Positions 31,422-41,576 of a DNA stretch of 64,000 nt are shown one piece after another. The position numbers and the translations under genes are program-made. The notes beneath the pieces were generated by a model. That model searched no databases, was not told the DNA's origin, and saw only the letters and a program-made list of their open reading frames with translations. Origin of the DNA: an uncultured Planctomycetia bacterium (lineage in GTDB: Bacteria; Planctomycetota; Planctomycetia; Pirellulales; Thermoguttaceae). The stretch is from contig CAWAAL010000024.1 of the NCBI GenBank assembly GCA_963779975.1, positions 57,153 to 121,152 on the forward strand, written 5' to 3'. The first letter of the stretch is position 1. Each line of letters opens with the position of its first letter.

Positions 31422-32579
31422 ATGGACAAGATTAGGCCGGAAACACATGGTCCCGAACATCATTCGTACAGGGCGAAGCCGTTGACGGTGATCCTCGTCG
31501 CGCTGGCCGGCGGCGCAGTGCTGTATTTTGGCGTCATGGCATGGTATTTCACGGGGGTCGATCCGGGCGGCGGGCCGCCGGGCCTCGATGAGGCCGCGAC
31601 GGAGTCGTCTTCCGCCGGCGAGGGCCAGGGCAACTTGGCCCTTCCTTCTTTTTCAGCAAGACTATTTTCGGAGGTTCAAGTCATGTGGATGCACTATACT
31701 GCAATTGGCCTGGGGGTCGCCCTGGTATTGGTCGCCTTGTACCTGGCGAGTTGTATCCGTGTTCTCAACGAATACCAGCGCGGCGTCATCTTCCGCCTGG
31801 GCCGGGCCATGCCCGCGCCCAAGGGACCGGGGCTGATCATGGTCTTCTCGCCGGTCGACAGCATGGTGCGAGTCGACTTGCGGACCATAACAAGAGTCAT
31901 CGAGCCCCAGGACATCATCACCCGGGACAACGTCTCGGTCCGCGTCAATGCCGTGCTCTATTTCCGGGTCGTGGACCCCATGCGGTCCGTGTTGGAAGTG
32001 GCCGACTTCTTGTTCGCCACTTCCCAGGTGGCGTTGACGACGTTGCGCAGCACGCTGGGGCAGGCGGAACTCGACGACCTCCTGACGGAGCGGGACAAAG
32101 TGAACCGCCGCTTGCAAGAGATCATCGATAAGCACACCGAGCCGTGGGGAGTGAAAGTCTCCGTCGTGGAGGTCAAGGACGTGGACCTGCCCGAGCCGAT
32201 GAAGCGGTCCATGGCCCATCAGGCGGAGGCCGAACGCGACCGGCGTGCGAAGGTCATCAACGCGGAAGGGGAGTTCCAGGCCGCGGACAAACTCCGCCAG
32301 GCTGCCCAGATCATGACGCCCTATCCCATGGCGATGCAGATGCGCTACCTCCAGGCCCTGGCCGAGGTAGCCTCCGAAAAGAACTCCACCATCATCTTTC
32401 CGCTGCCGTTGGAACTGTTGGCGCCGTTCCTGAAAAGCGGCCGGGACGGCGCGAGCAGCGCCGTGCCAACCAGCACGCGACTCGAGAATGCAACCCTTGG
32501 TGTAAATGATTCTTTAGAACCGGCGCAAGTTATCGGATCGGGAGCAATGCCAGCGACGATCGGCGGGAACGGCCGGTAG
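31422..32579 (+). CDS. SPFH/band-7 (stomatin-like) protein with ~90-aa N-terminal membrane extension (alternative start ~31683)
   Basis: 'VLNEYQRGVIFRLGRAMPAPKGPGLIMVFSPVDSMVRVDLRTITRVIEPQDIITRDNVSVRVNAVLYFRVVDP', 'AHQAEAERDRRAKVINAEGEFQAADKL'. Confidence 0.8.
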   Translation: MDKIRPETHGPEHHSYRAKPLTVILVALAGGAVLYFGVMAWYFTGVDPGGGPPGLDEAATESSSAGEGQGNLALPSFSARLFSEVQVMWMHYTAIGLGVALVLVALYLASCIRVLNEYQRGVIFRLGRAMPAPKGPGLIMVFSPVDSMVRVDLRTITRVIEPQDIITRDNVSVRVNAVLYFRVVDPMRSVLEVADFLFATSQVALTTLRSTLGQAELDDLLTERDKVNRRLQEIIDKHTEPWGVKVSVVEVKDVDLPEPMKRSMAHQAEAERDRRAKVINAEGEFQAADKLRQAAQIMTPYPMAMQMRYLQALAEVASEKNSTIIFPLPLELLAPFLKSGRDGASSAVPTSTRLENATLGVNDSLEPAQVIGSGAMPATIGGNGR

Positions 32580-32728
32580 CATGTTCAGTTGGAGCACGAT
32601 GGCGCCACTTATGCTGTCGGCAAAGGCGACGTGTTGCTCTTGCCGGCCGTGGTCGGAGCGTGTTTCTGCCGACCGCGTGGCGCCATTGGCTTGTTGGAGA
32701 TTTCGCTGCCGGCAAAGAACCCGACCCC

Positions 32729-33512
32729 ATGAAAAAGCTCATTGTCTTCGATCTTGATGGCACGCTTGCCGAAAGCAAGGCATCTCTCGACGCCGAGATG
32801 GCCACACTGCTCACCACTCTCCTAGGCATCGTGAAGGTGGCTGTCATTTCCGGTGGCAACTGGCCGCAATTCGAAAAACAAGTTCTCTCTCAATCTTCCC
32901 CACGACGAACGTCTGAAGAACTTGTCTCTCCTTCCTACCTGTGGAACAAAGTTCTACCAATACGCAGGCGATTGGAAAAAGCTCTATTCCGAAGATTTCA
33001 CCGCAGCGGAGAAAGACAAAATCATCAGCTCTCTCAACAAGGCGATCGGGGCAGCGGGCTGCAAGGTCGAAAAAGTCTGGGGAGAGGTCATTGAAGACCG
33101 GGGAAGCCAGATTACGTTCTCCGCACTAGGCCAGCAGGCTCCGCTCGATGAAAAGAAGAAATGGGACCCTGACTTCGCCAAGCGGAAGAAGATGAAAGCA
33201 CTCCTCGATAAGCTTATCCCCGAGTTTTCCGTGCGATTGGGCGGCGCGACATCCGTTGACGTCACCAAGCCCGGCATCGACAAAGCCTACGGGATTCGAA
33301 AACTCCGCGACACCCTGGGCATTGCAATTCATGACATGATTTATGTCGGGGATGCCTTGTTTCCTGGCGGGAACGACTATCCGGCTGAAGAAGCGGGTGC
33401 GGTTTCGATCCAGGTCCGAGATCCCCACGAGACGAAACGCGTGATTGAAGCGATCATCGCTTGTTTGGATGGCGATGAACCGGCACAACCTCGCAAGGAG
33501 GAGAGTCGATGA
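32729..33512 (+). CDS. HAD-IIB phosphatase, eukaryotic phosphomannomutase (PMM)-like; apparent frameshift ~32880
   Basis: 'LIVFDLDGTLAESKASL', 'KVAVISGGNWPQFEKQV', then in the other frame 'YVGDALFPGGNDYPAEE' (cf. PMM 'FGDKTMPGGNDHEIF'). Confidence 0.6.
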
Positions 33513-34619
33513 ACGGCTTTCAATTGCAGCGGCTCGGGCTGATGATGGAGCCGGAACCGGGCAATCCGCATGGAGGCTGAAGGCGTCCTGAATCCGGCGG
33601 CCGTTCGCGGCCCTGACGGCAAGCTTTACCTGTTTCCACGGCTCGTCGCGCGAGGCAATTATTCGCGCATCGGCATTGCCCGCGTAAAATTCAACGAAGC
33701 CGGCGATCCGTGTGGAGTCCAACGGCTCGGCATCGCACTGGAGCCGGAAACCGATTATGAGCGTCGGCCCGACGGCAGCGGTGGCTGCGAGGATCCGCGT
33801 GTCACGTTCGTCGAACCGCTTCAGTGCTACATGATGACTTACGCGGCGCTCTCGCCCATCGGCCCACGGATTGCCGTGGCCGTATCGGAGGATCTGTTTC
33901 ACTGGAAGCGACTGGGGCTCGCGACCTTTGCTCCGTATGACGGCATCGATTTCGTTCACGTGGACAACAAGGATGCCAGCCTCTTCCCCGTCGCCATCCC
34001 CAATCACGCCGGGAAAATGCAGATGGCCATGCTCCATCGTCCCCTTTTCCCCGGCACTCGTCCCGAGGAAACCGCCTGCCAGGCCGCGTCGCGCGAGGTG
34101 GATCTCGATCATGAGAGCATCTGGATTTCCTACTGTCCGATGGCCTTGGAGGGTCCCGAACCGTCACACCTCGGCCTGTTTAATTCGCATCACCGGCTGG
34201 CGACTCCGGTGTCGCCCTGGGAGCGGCTCAAGATCGGTGCGGGCACTCCGCCCGTCATGACCCGGCACGGCTGGCTGATCCTTTACCACGGCGTGAGCGA
34301 AATGGCGGAGGCAAGTAACGACGGACATCATTTGTGCTACTCGGCCGGGGTGATGGTGCTCTCGAAGGAACATCCGCGCGTGATCCGCTATCGTTCGGCG
34401 GAGCCTGTGTTGACGCCGGAATTGCCTCAAGAGCGCTGCGGGACCATTGCCAACGTCGTGTTCCCCACCGGCATCGACCGCCGCGACGACATCGGCTTGC
34501 CGGACCGCTTCGACGTTTACTACGGGATGGCCGACAACCGGATTGGCGCGGCACGCCTGGATGTGCCGGATTTCCTGCCGCCGGGACGAGTCGTCGATCC
34601 GCCGGAAGCAAAGGTGTAG
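33509..34619 (+). CDS. GH130-family glycosylase (beta-mannoside phosphorylase/hydrolase-like); apparent frameshift ~33565; start overlaps upstream stop (ATGA)
   Basis: 'LQRLGLMMEPEPGNP' then 'EAEGVLNPAAVRGPDGKLYLFPRLV', 'GTPPVMTRHGWLILYHGV', 'YSAGVMVLS', 'VVFPTG'. Confidence 0.65.
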
Positions 34620-34654
34620 CGTGCCCGATTTCGGGAAAGAACAGGAGGATAGTC

Positions 34655-37153
34655 ATGTTGAAACCAAATGCAGATAAGCCGGGATCGAAGGACGATCTAA
34701 AATCCCTGCCGCTGGCGGAGGTGGAGAAACGATTGGGCTCGTCGCCGGACGGCCTCAGTCAAGCCGAGGCGCAGAAACGGCTGACCCAATATGGGCCTAA
34801 CGAGATTGAAGAAAAGAAGACCAATCCGCTCCTGAAATTCCTCGCCTATTTTTGGGGTCCCATCCCGTGGATGATCGAAGTGGCGGTGATTCTGTCGGGT
34901 GCGGTCCAGCACTGGCCGGATTTCTTCATCATCCTCCTCTTGCTGGTGACCAACGCCGTGGTCGGATTCTGGGAAGAACACCAGGCGGGCAACGCCATCG
35001 CCGCCCTGAAGGCCAAGCTGGCGATCAAGGCGAGGGTGAAACGTGATGGGAAGTGGGTCAACCCGGCGGCGCGTGAGTTGGTGCCGGGCGACGTCATCCG
35101 CATGCGCCTGGGCGACATCGTGCCGGCCGATGCACGGCTGTTGGACGGCGACCCGGTGGAGGTGGATCAATCCGCGCTGACGGGAGAGTCGTTGCCCGCC
35201 GAGCGCAAACCGGGCGAGGCGGTGTTTTCCGGTTCGATCATTCGTCAGGGTGAAATCGGCGCACTGGTCTACGCCACGGGGGCAAACACCTACTTCGGCA
35301 AGACGGCGCAACTGGTGCAGGAGGCACACACCGTCAGCCATTTTCAAAAGGCGGTCTTGAAGATCGGCGATTACCTGATCATCCTCGCGGCGGCTCTGGT
35401 GGCAGTGATCGTCGTGGTTGCGCTGTTCCGCGGCGATCCGATGCTTTACGCAGAGCCCGGCCGGGAGCCCGTACTGTTGTTTGCGCTGGTCCTCACGGTG
35501 GCCGCGATTCCCGTGGCAATGCCCACGGTGTTGTCGGTGACGATGGCGGTCGGCGCCCGCCTGCTCGCCAGGAAAAAGGCGATCGTGAGCAAGCTGGTGG
35601 CCATCGAGGAACTGGCGGGCGTGGACGTGCTGTGCGCGGACAAGACCGGCACCCTGACCCAGAACAAGCTGACGCTGGGCGATCCGTTCAGCGTACACAA
35701 CGTCGCCGCCGATCAAGTGATCCTGGATGGCGCGCTGGCGTCGCGTGCGGATAATAACGACACCATCGATCTGGCCGTCCTGGGCGGACTGAAAGACAAG
35801 GATTCGTTAAAGGCTTATGAGGTGCTTCATTTCCAGCCGTTCGACCCGGTGCATAAACGCACCGAGGCCACCGTCAAAGCCAAAGACGGAAAGACGTTCA
35901 AGGTGACGAAGGGTGCGCCGCAGGTGATTTTGGCGTTGTCGGCCAATGCCGGGCAGGTGAAGCCCGCCGTCGAGAAAGCCGTCAATGAATTTGCGGCGCG
36001 CGGCTTCCGTTCGTTGGGCGTGGCGCGGGCCGAGGGCGACGGGCCATGGCAGTTTGTCGGCGTGTTGCCCTTGTTCGATCCCCCGCGGGAAGATGCCAAG
36101 GCAACCATCGCGACCGCGCTGGCCATGGGCGTAAAGGTCAAGATGGTTACGGGGGACGCGCTGGCCATCGCCAAGGAAACCGCCAAGAAGCTGGACATGG
36201 GCACGAATATCCTCGATGCCGGCGGCCTGGGCGACACGAAGCATCACGAGACGGCGCAGTCGGCGGAGGCAATTGAAAAAGCGGACGGCTTCGCCCAGGT
36301 GTTCCCCGAACACAAGTTCCACATCGTGGACGTCCTGCAGCAACGCGGCCACATCGTCGGCATGACGGGCGACGGGGTGAACGATGCCCCCGCGCTGAAG
36401 AAGGCCGACTGCGGCATCGCCGTTTCCGACGCGACGGACGCGGCCCGCGCGGCGGCGGCCATCGTGCTGCTGACGCCGGGCCTATCGGTGATTATCGACG
36501 CCATCAAGGAGAGCCGGAAGATCTTCCAGCGGATGAACAGCTACGCGATCTACCGCATCGCCGAGACGCTGCGCGTGCTGTTCTTCATGACGCTGGCGAT
36601 CCTGGTGTTCAACTTCTATCCGTTGACGGCGGTGATGATCGTGATGCTGGCGTTGCTCAACGACGGGGCGATCCTCTCCATTGCCTATGACAACGTTCAT
36701 TACAAGGACAAGCCCGAGGCCTGGAACATGCACATGGTGCTGGGGGTCGCCACGGTGCTGGGCCTGATCGGGGTCGTCTCCGCGTTCCTTCTGTTTTATC
36801 TTGGCGAGCGTGTCTTCGGCCTCGACCGCGCGCACATCCAGACGCTGATGTACTTGAAGCTCTCCGTGGCGGGACATCTGACGATCTTCCTGACGCGGAC
36901 GCGCGGCCCGTTCTGGTCGATCCGCCCCGCGCGAATTCTATGGGTGGCCGTGCTCGGCACGCAAATCGTGGCGACGTTGATCGCCGTTTATGGACTGTTC
37001 ATGACGCCCCTTGGCTGGGGTTGGGCGATGTTTGTTTGGGGTTATGCCCTGGCTTGGTTCCTCGTGAATGACCGCCTGAAATTGCTCGCGTATCGGATTT
37101 TCGATCCAACTACCTTGCCCCTATTGGCCAAGAAACACTGCCATGCCGGATGA
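34655..37153 (+). CDS. P3A-type plasma-membrane H+-ATPase (P-type ATPase)
   Basis: 'CADKTGTLTQNKL', 'TGDGVNDAPALKKADCGIAV', 'KMVTGDALAIAKETA'; RBS aggagg. Confidence 0.9.
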   Translation: MLKPNADKPGSKDDLKSLPLAEVEKRLGSSPDGLSQAEAQKRLTQYGPNEIEEKKTNPLLKFLAYFWGPIPWMIEVAVILSGAVQHWPDFFIILLLLVTNAVVGFWEEHQAGNAIAALKAKLAIKARVKRDGKWVNPAARELVPGDVIRMRLGDIVPADARLLDGDPVEVDQSALTGESLPAERKPGEAVFSGSIIRQGEIGALVYATGANTYFGKTAQLVQEAHTVSHFQKAVLKIGDYLIILAAALVAVIVVVALFRGDPMLYAEPGREPVLLFALVLTVAAIPVAMPTVLSVTMAVGARLLARKKAIVSKLVAIEELAGVDVLCADKTGTLTQNKLTLGDPFSVHNVAADQVILDGALASRADNNDTIDLAVLGGLKDKDSLKAYEVLHFQPFDPVHKRTEATVKAKDGKTFKVTKGAPQVILALSANAGQVKPAVEKAVNEFAARGFRSLGVARAEGDGPWQFVGVLPLFDPPREDAKATIATALAMGVKVKMVTGDALAIAKETAKKLDMGTNILDAGGLGDTKHHETAQSAEAIEKADGFAQVFPEHKFHIVDVLQQRGHIVGMTGDGVNDAPALKKADCGIAVSDATDAARAAAAIVLLTPGLSVIIDAIKESRKIFQRMNSYAIYRIAETLRVLFFMTLAILVFNFYPLTAVMIVMLALLNDGAILSIAYDNVHYKDKPEAWNMHMVLGVATVLGLIGVVSAFLLFYLGERVFGLDRAHIQTLMYLKLSVAGHLTIFLTRTRGPFWSIRPARILWVAVLGTQIVATLIAVYGLFMTPLGWGWAMFVWGYALAWFLVNDRLKLLAYRIFDPTTLPLLAKKHCHAG

Positions 37154-37930
37154 AGTCACGTTTGATCATGAAGCAGGCGTCTTGCGGGTCTTGCAGACCA
37201 AGAGCGAGACGAAGGCATTCTACGACAAGATCGCCATGGTCTATGATCTCTTGGCGGAGCATTCCGAGCGGCCCGTGCGTGAAACCGGGCTGCGGCTGCT
37301 CGCTGCTGCCCCAGGTGAGCGCGTTCTGGAAATCGGCTTCGGGACCGGCCATATCTTGGCCGAACTTGCCCGTGCCGTCGGGCCGACGGGAAAGGTCTTC
37401 GGCATCGACATCTCGGAGAACATGTTGGACCACGCAAGAGGCGTTCTGAGCAACAAGGGCCTCATTGACCGCGTTTCCCTTGATTGCGGCGATGCCCAAA
37501 GCCTCCCCTACGGTGACGACTCGCTGGACGGGATATTCATGTGCTTCACCCTGGAACTGTTCGACACGCCGGACATTCCCAAGGTGCTGGCAGAGTGCAA
37601 GCGGGTCCTGCGGCCGCGCGGGCGCATCGTCGTCGTGGCCATTTCCAAGGAGTGTAAAGACGGCAAAGAAGGCAAGGACGGGTTCATCATTCACGCCTTC
37701 GAGTGGACACATCGCCACTTTCCCAATTTGATGGACTGCCGGCCGATCTATGTCCGCCGAGCGCTGGAGGCGGCGGGCTTTGCCATCGAGGACTCGCGGA
37801 CGGAATCTATGTGGATTCCCGTGGAGATTGTGCTGGGCAGGAGGGCCGTCTTCTTGCCTTTGCCCCGAAGCTGGACTCCATGGGCGACGAGCAAATTGCG
37901 AACGGCTGCCGAGGAGGACGGAATCGAGTG
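37143..37930 (+). CDS. class I SAM-dependent methyltransferase (UbiE/COQ5-like); native C-terminus replaced by a read-through into a duplicated sigma-factor 3' fragment
   Basis: 'RVLEIGFGTGHILAELARAVGPTGKVFGIDISENML', 'LRPRGRIVVV'; ORF continues '...TSKLRTAAEEDGIEC' = copy of the end of gene 22778..23791. Confidence 0.65.
37880..37927 (+). repeat. ~48-bp duplicate of the 3' end of the sigma gene at 23744-23791
   Basis: ggcgacgagcaaattgcgaacggctgccgaggaggacggaatcgagtg vs gcgatgagcaaattgagaacggctgccgaggaggacggaatcgagtg. Confidence 0.75.
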
Positions 37931-37979
37931 CTTTCCAGCGGTGGAGGCGAAGGACCACGAGTCGAGCAGCGAGGCCAGA

Positions 37980-38307
37980 ACATGCCCCCACAGCCCCATG
38001 CCCATAAACATTTCACCGGCACGGCAACCGTCCGCGACATCGTGATCGGCATGTCCGATGGTTTGACCGTTCCCTTCGCCCTCGCAGCTGGGCTTTCGGG
38101 GGCCGTGGACGCGACGAGCATCGTGATTACGGCCGGGCCGGCCGAGGTTGCGGCTGGTTCGATTGCGATGGGCCTGGGCGGCTACTTGGCCGCAAGGACC
38201 GATTCCGAACATTACGTCACGGAGCGGGCTACCGAAAAAGAGGCAACGATCGAGATGCCGGAACCGGAGGCCGAAGAAGTGGCCTCAGTATTCCGGCACT
38301 TATCTTA
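37980..38307 (+). pseudogene. N-terminal fragment of a VIT1/CCC1-family Fe/Mn transporter, truncated immediately before element copy 7
   Basis: 'VRDIVIGMSDGLTVPFALAAGLSGAVDATSIVITAGPAEVAAGSIAMGLGGYLAA...'; ends after ~109 aa, lacking the C-terminal TM bundle. Confidence 0.5.
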
Positions 38308-38336
38308 GCGAAGATGCTTGGCTAAAACCACGAGTA

Positions 38337-38522
38337 TTGCCTTTTCCCTTCGGCGGCGTACAATTTCAGTGTTGGAAGAGTTGCGGGGCACTTGTTCGCG
38401 GCTCTCCAGTGAAATTGTCGGATGACTAGATAGAGGGCAACCTGGCTGTGCCGGGGGGCTAGTTGAAGAGTAAGCCGACGTGGTCGAACACCTTAGGGTA
38501 TTCCGCCACGTCGGCTTTTTTG
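38337..38522 (+). ncRNA. multi-copy promoter-RNA element, copy 7 (complete; 3' extension box aacggtcggaatccagcacggaag shared with copy 2)
   Basis: -35 TTGCCT 38337-42, -10 TACAAT 38359-64; hairpin gttggaagagttgcggggcacttgttcgcggctctccag; core with cctggctgtgccgggg; TTTTTT 38515-21. Confidence 0.7.
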
Positions 38523-38605
38523 TTTTCTGTGACGCCAAACGGTCGGAATCCAGCACGGAAGACTTCCAGGTTCAAAATCCTGGAGTTGAGCGGAGGTGAC
38601 GAACC

Positions 38606-39052
38606 ATGAGTCGAGATGCAATTGACAGAATGGAAATCCTCATGGTCGAGGATAACTTGCAGAATGCCAACGGCACGATACAGGCCCTCAAATGGGGCAA
38701 CGTGCAATGCCGAGTGAGCCTGGTCTGCGATGACGAGGAAGCGATCCGCTTTCTCTACCGTAAGGGTGAATTCGCCAAGGCGCCGACGCCCAACCTGATC
38801 CTGCTGGACATGCAGTTGCCCAAGGAGGAAGGTCAGCGCTTGCTTGCGGAAATCCGCGCCAACGAAGAACTCAAGGACATTCCCGTTGTGGTCCTCACCG
38901 GTTCACTGGATCACCGAGCGGGTCTTCACGTCCAAGAGATTCAGGTGGACGGCTTGATCACGCACCCCGTGGAGTTGGACAAGTTCATCGGTGTGGTCAA
39001 GTCGCGTCGCCGGTCTTGGTTGACCGACCTTGCGCTGTCCTCCATTGCCTGA
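38606..39052 (+). CDS. single-domain response regulator (REC only)
   Basis: 'ILMVEDNLQNANGTIQALKW...LILLDMQLPKEEGQRLLAEIRANEELKDIPVVVLTGS'; RBS ggaggtga. Confidence 0.75.
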   Translation: MSRDAIDRMEILMVEDNLQNANGTIQALKWGNVQCRVSLVCDDEEAIRFLYRKGEFAKAPTPNLILLDMQLPKEEGQRLLAEIRANEELKDIPVVVLTGSLDHRAGLHVQEIQVDGLITHPVELDKFIGVVKSRRRSWLTDLALSSIA

Positions 39053-39432
39053 CGGACACGACCTGGAACACAACCGTTACGAAGACAATCATCCTTTTTT
39101 GCAGCACCGTTCTGGCCGTCGGCGAATTCGGCATGGGTTTCACAATCGGGGTGTTGAGAACCCTGGCTTTTGTCGTCATCGTGTTCGGCAATCAGGCGAC
39201 GACCTATGCCAACCGCGAATGCCGGCGACTCCGGTCCTCTCACCCCAGCTTCTGGCTGGCAATGTCATCGGTTGCCGATATCCTGATCGCCTCGATGTTG
39301 GCCATCGGGGGAATCTCCATGACTCTTTTGCCGGCTCTTGTCGTGGCCGGCACGCTTGCCGCGGCGGTGGTCTTCGCCTTGGTCGTGGATGCGGCCAAAG
39401 TGCCGGTATTCGGGCGACTCGGGATCGCGTGA
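39016..39432 (+). pseudogene. C-terminal fragment of a second P-type ATPase (last TM helices)
   Basis: 'VFGNQATTYANRECRRLRSSHPSFWLAMSSVADILIASMLAIGG' parallels 'IFLTRTRGPFWSIRPARILWVAVLGTQIVATLIAVYG' of the 34655 gene. Confidence 0.35.
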
Positions 39433-39456
39433 TCACTAATCCGCATCCTGGACGGC

Positions 39457-39717
39457 GTGGGGGCGGGAGTATTCGGCGTTGTCTCGGTCCTCGTGATCGC
39501 CGACCTCACGCGGGGCTCGGGCCGCTTTAATCTCACGCTCGGGGCCATCAGCACGGCGGTCGGCATTGGTGCTTCGCTCAGCCAGGTCATTGCCGGCTCC
39601 ATCGTGCATCACTTTGGCTCCAACGTCGGCTTTCTCTTCCTTGCCGCGGTCGCGTCGGCCGCATTGGGCATCCTTTACTTCTTCATGCCGGAGACACACA
39701 ATAAAGGGTTTGCCTGA
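39457..39717 (+). pseudogene. C-terminal fragment of an MFS transporter
   Basis: 'RFNLTLGAISTAVGIGASLSQVIAGSIVHHFGSNVGFLFLAAVASAALGILYFFMPETHNK'. Confidence 0.4.
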
Positions 39718-39740
39718 CCAACCCCACGAGCATCAACCCT

Positions 39741-40091
39741 ATGAACACCGTCCTTCTGCTGGTTCTGTCGAATGTCTTCATGACTTTCGCCTGGTACGGG
39801 CACTTGAAATACGGTCACGAGTGGCCGCTATGGAAAGCGATCCTGGTCTCCTGGGCGATCGCGCTCTTGGAATACTGCCTGGCGGTGCCGGCAAACCGCC
39901 TCGGTTACGGCCAGTTCTCCGGATTCCAGCTCAAGATCATTCAAGAGGTCGTCACGCTCCTCGTCTTCATCGTATTCGCGATCGCGTTTCTGAAGGAGAA
40001 AGTTGCGTGGAATTATCTCGTGGCCTTTGTGTTTCTCGGCGTTGCCGCGTTCTTCGCCTTTGCGTTCAAGGCGCCCGGACCGGCCGCCTGA
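39741..40091 (+). CDS. DMT-superfamily small membrane protein (DUF486-like)
   Basis: 'VLLLVLSNVFMTFAWYGHLKY', 4 TM segments. Confidence 0.5.
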   Translation: MNTVLLLVLSNVFMTFAWYGHLKYGHEWPLWKAILVSWAIALLEYCLAVPANRLGYGQFSGFQLKIIQEVVTLLVFIVFAIAFLKEKVAWNYLVAFVFLGVAAFFAFAFKAPGPAA

Positions 40092-40257
40092 ACGACTGGA
40101 TGGGAAGGCATGAACCTGGCGCGGAGCAATCCCCATTTTCTCTTTACGTCGCGGAGAATTGGCGACTCGACCGGGAGACCTCCTCGCGGCTGACGGCGCC
40201 GAACACCACGGCCCATGCCTCAACAGCTTGATACTGTGGGAAAAAGCAATGGGCCTA

Positions 40258-40444
40258 TTGCCTTTGTACCCTCATGACGTACAATGATGGTGTTGGAAGA
40301 GTCGTGGCGCGATTGATCTCGACTCTCCAGCGAACGTGTCGGATGACTAGATGAAGAGCAGCCCGGCTGTGCCGCGGGGGCTCGTTAGTGAGTAAGCCGA
40401 CGTGGTCGAATACCTTGGGGCATTCCGCCACGTCGGCTTTTTTC
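40258..40444 (+). ncRNA. multi-copy promoter-RNA element, copy 8 (complete; preceded by a degraded DUF2294 tail at ~40130-40200)
   Basis: -35 TTGCCT 40258-63, -10 TACAAT 40280-85; hairpin ggaagagtcgtggcgcgattgatctcgactctcc; TTTTTT 40438-43. Confidence 0.7.
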
Positions 40445-40453
40445 GTTTTCCTA

Positions 40454-40525
40454 AGAACGTTCGGAAGAAATTGGTGCCAGTCACACGTTTGTCCCGGGCT
40501 TCCGCTCATTTCTTCCGAACGTTCT
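40454..40525 (+). promoter_or_regulatory. 5'-UTR hairpin: 18-bp perfect inverted repeat with 36-nt loop, 20 nt upstream of RBS/ATG 40545; paralogous copy at 48350-48421
   Basis: agaacgttcggaagaaat ...36 nt... atttcttccgaacgttct. Confidence 0.6.
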
Positions 40526-40544
40526 AACATGAAAGGCTGAACCC

Positions 40545-41531
40545 ATGCGTAGTGTTTTGATCATGACAGGCGTGGCTCTCGCGCTGGTCGCGATGGCGGT
40601 TGCCCAAGGACCACTGAAGAGCGTATCGGGCGACTTGCCCGACAAGCCCGCCGCGTCCGATACGGCAACGACGGCAACCGCCGCGTTTGTGGCCAGCCTG
40701 GCGCAGCCGCAAGACGAGAAGTCGATCCGGCTCGCCGCCGAGGCGTTTGCCAAGGCGTATAATGCGGGCAATGCCCAGACGATCGCGCAACTGTTCATAC
40801 CCAGCGGGGAGATAGTCAGCGAAGAAGGCCAATCTACTCAGGGCCGCGAAGCGATCGAGCAAGAGTTCGCAGGAATCTTCAAGGAACATCCCAAGACCCA
40901 CATGGTTCTGGCCATCGGCTCCATTCGGTTCATCGGTCCGGACATGGCCGTCGAGGACGGGACGGCGACCGTGACCCATGGGCCCGACGAGCCCGCCCAG
41001 CGCAGTCCCTACTCGGTGACCTACGCCAGGCAGGACGGCAGGTGGCTGACGGCCAGCTCGCGAGACCTTCCCGATGACACGCCCACGCCCGAGGAGCAGC
41101 TCAAGCAACTCCAGTGGATGATCGGCGAATGGGTGGACGAAAGCCCGGAAGCCCTGATCATGACCTCCTACCGCTGGACCGACAATCAATGCTACATCTT
41201 GAGCGAATTCAAGGTCCAGGTCGGCGGCCGGCCGGTGATGACCGGTACCCAGCGCATCGGCTGGGACCCCTTGGCAAAGAAGATCCGTTCCTGGGTCTTC
41301 GACTCGGAAGGCGGGTTTGGCGAAGGTCTCTGGACGCGGGAAGGCAACCAATGGATCGTGAAAAGGACCGGCGTGACGCGTGACGGAAAGACCGCCTCGG
41401 CGACCAACATCATCGCCCGAGTATCCAAGGACCGAATGACGTGGCAACAACGGGACCGCATCGTCGGCGGGGAGAAGACGCCCGACATCGCGGAAACCCC
41501 GATCACGCGTAATCCGCCCGCCCCCAAATAA
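40545..41531 (+). CDS. secreted protein with two SnoaL-like/DUF4440 (NTF2-fold) domains
   Basis: signal peptide 'MRSVLIMTGVALALVAMAVAQG'; 'AFAKAYNAGNAQTIAQLFIPSGEIV...GREAIEQEF' and a second NTF2-like half. Confidence 0.5.
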   Translation: MRSVLIMTGVALALVAMAVAQGPLKSVSGDLPDKPAASDTATTATAAFVASLAQPQDEKSIRLAAEAFAKAYNAGNAQTIAQLFIPSGEIVSEEGQSTQGREAIEQEFAGIFKEHPKTHMVLAIGSIRFIGPDMAVEDGTATVTHGPDEPAQRSPYSVTYARQDGRWLTASSRDLPDDTPTPEEQLKQLQWMIGEWVDESPEALIMTSYRWTDNQCYILSEFKVQVGGRPVMTGTQRIGWDPLAKKIRSWVFDSEGGFGEGLWTREGNQWIVKRTGVTRDGKTASATNIIARVSKDRMTWQQRDRIVGGEKTPDIAETPITRNPPAPK

Positions 41532-41576
41532 CACGCCAACTTCGCAGCTTGATCTGCATAGACCGGAGAAATACCA

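Noticed and set aside
31422-31682. Separate small gene for the N-terminal 87 codons of the SPFH ORF (possible NfeD-like partner)
   Set aside because: No stop codon separates it from the stomatin domain; kept as one CDS with a noted alternative internal start.
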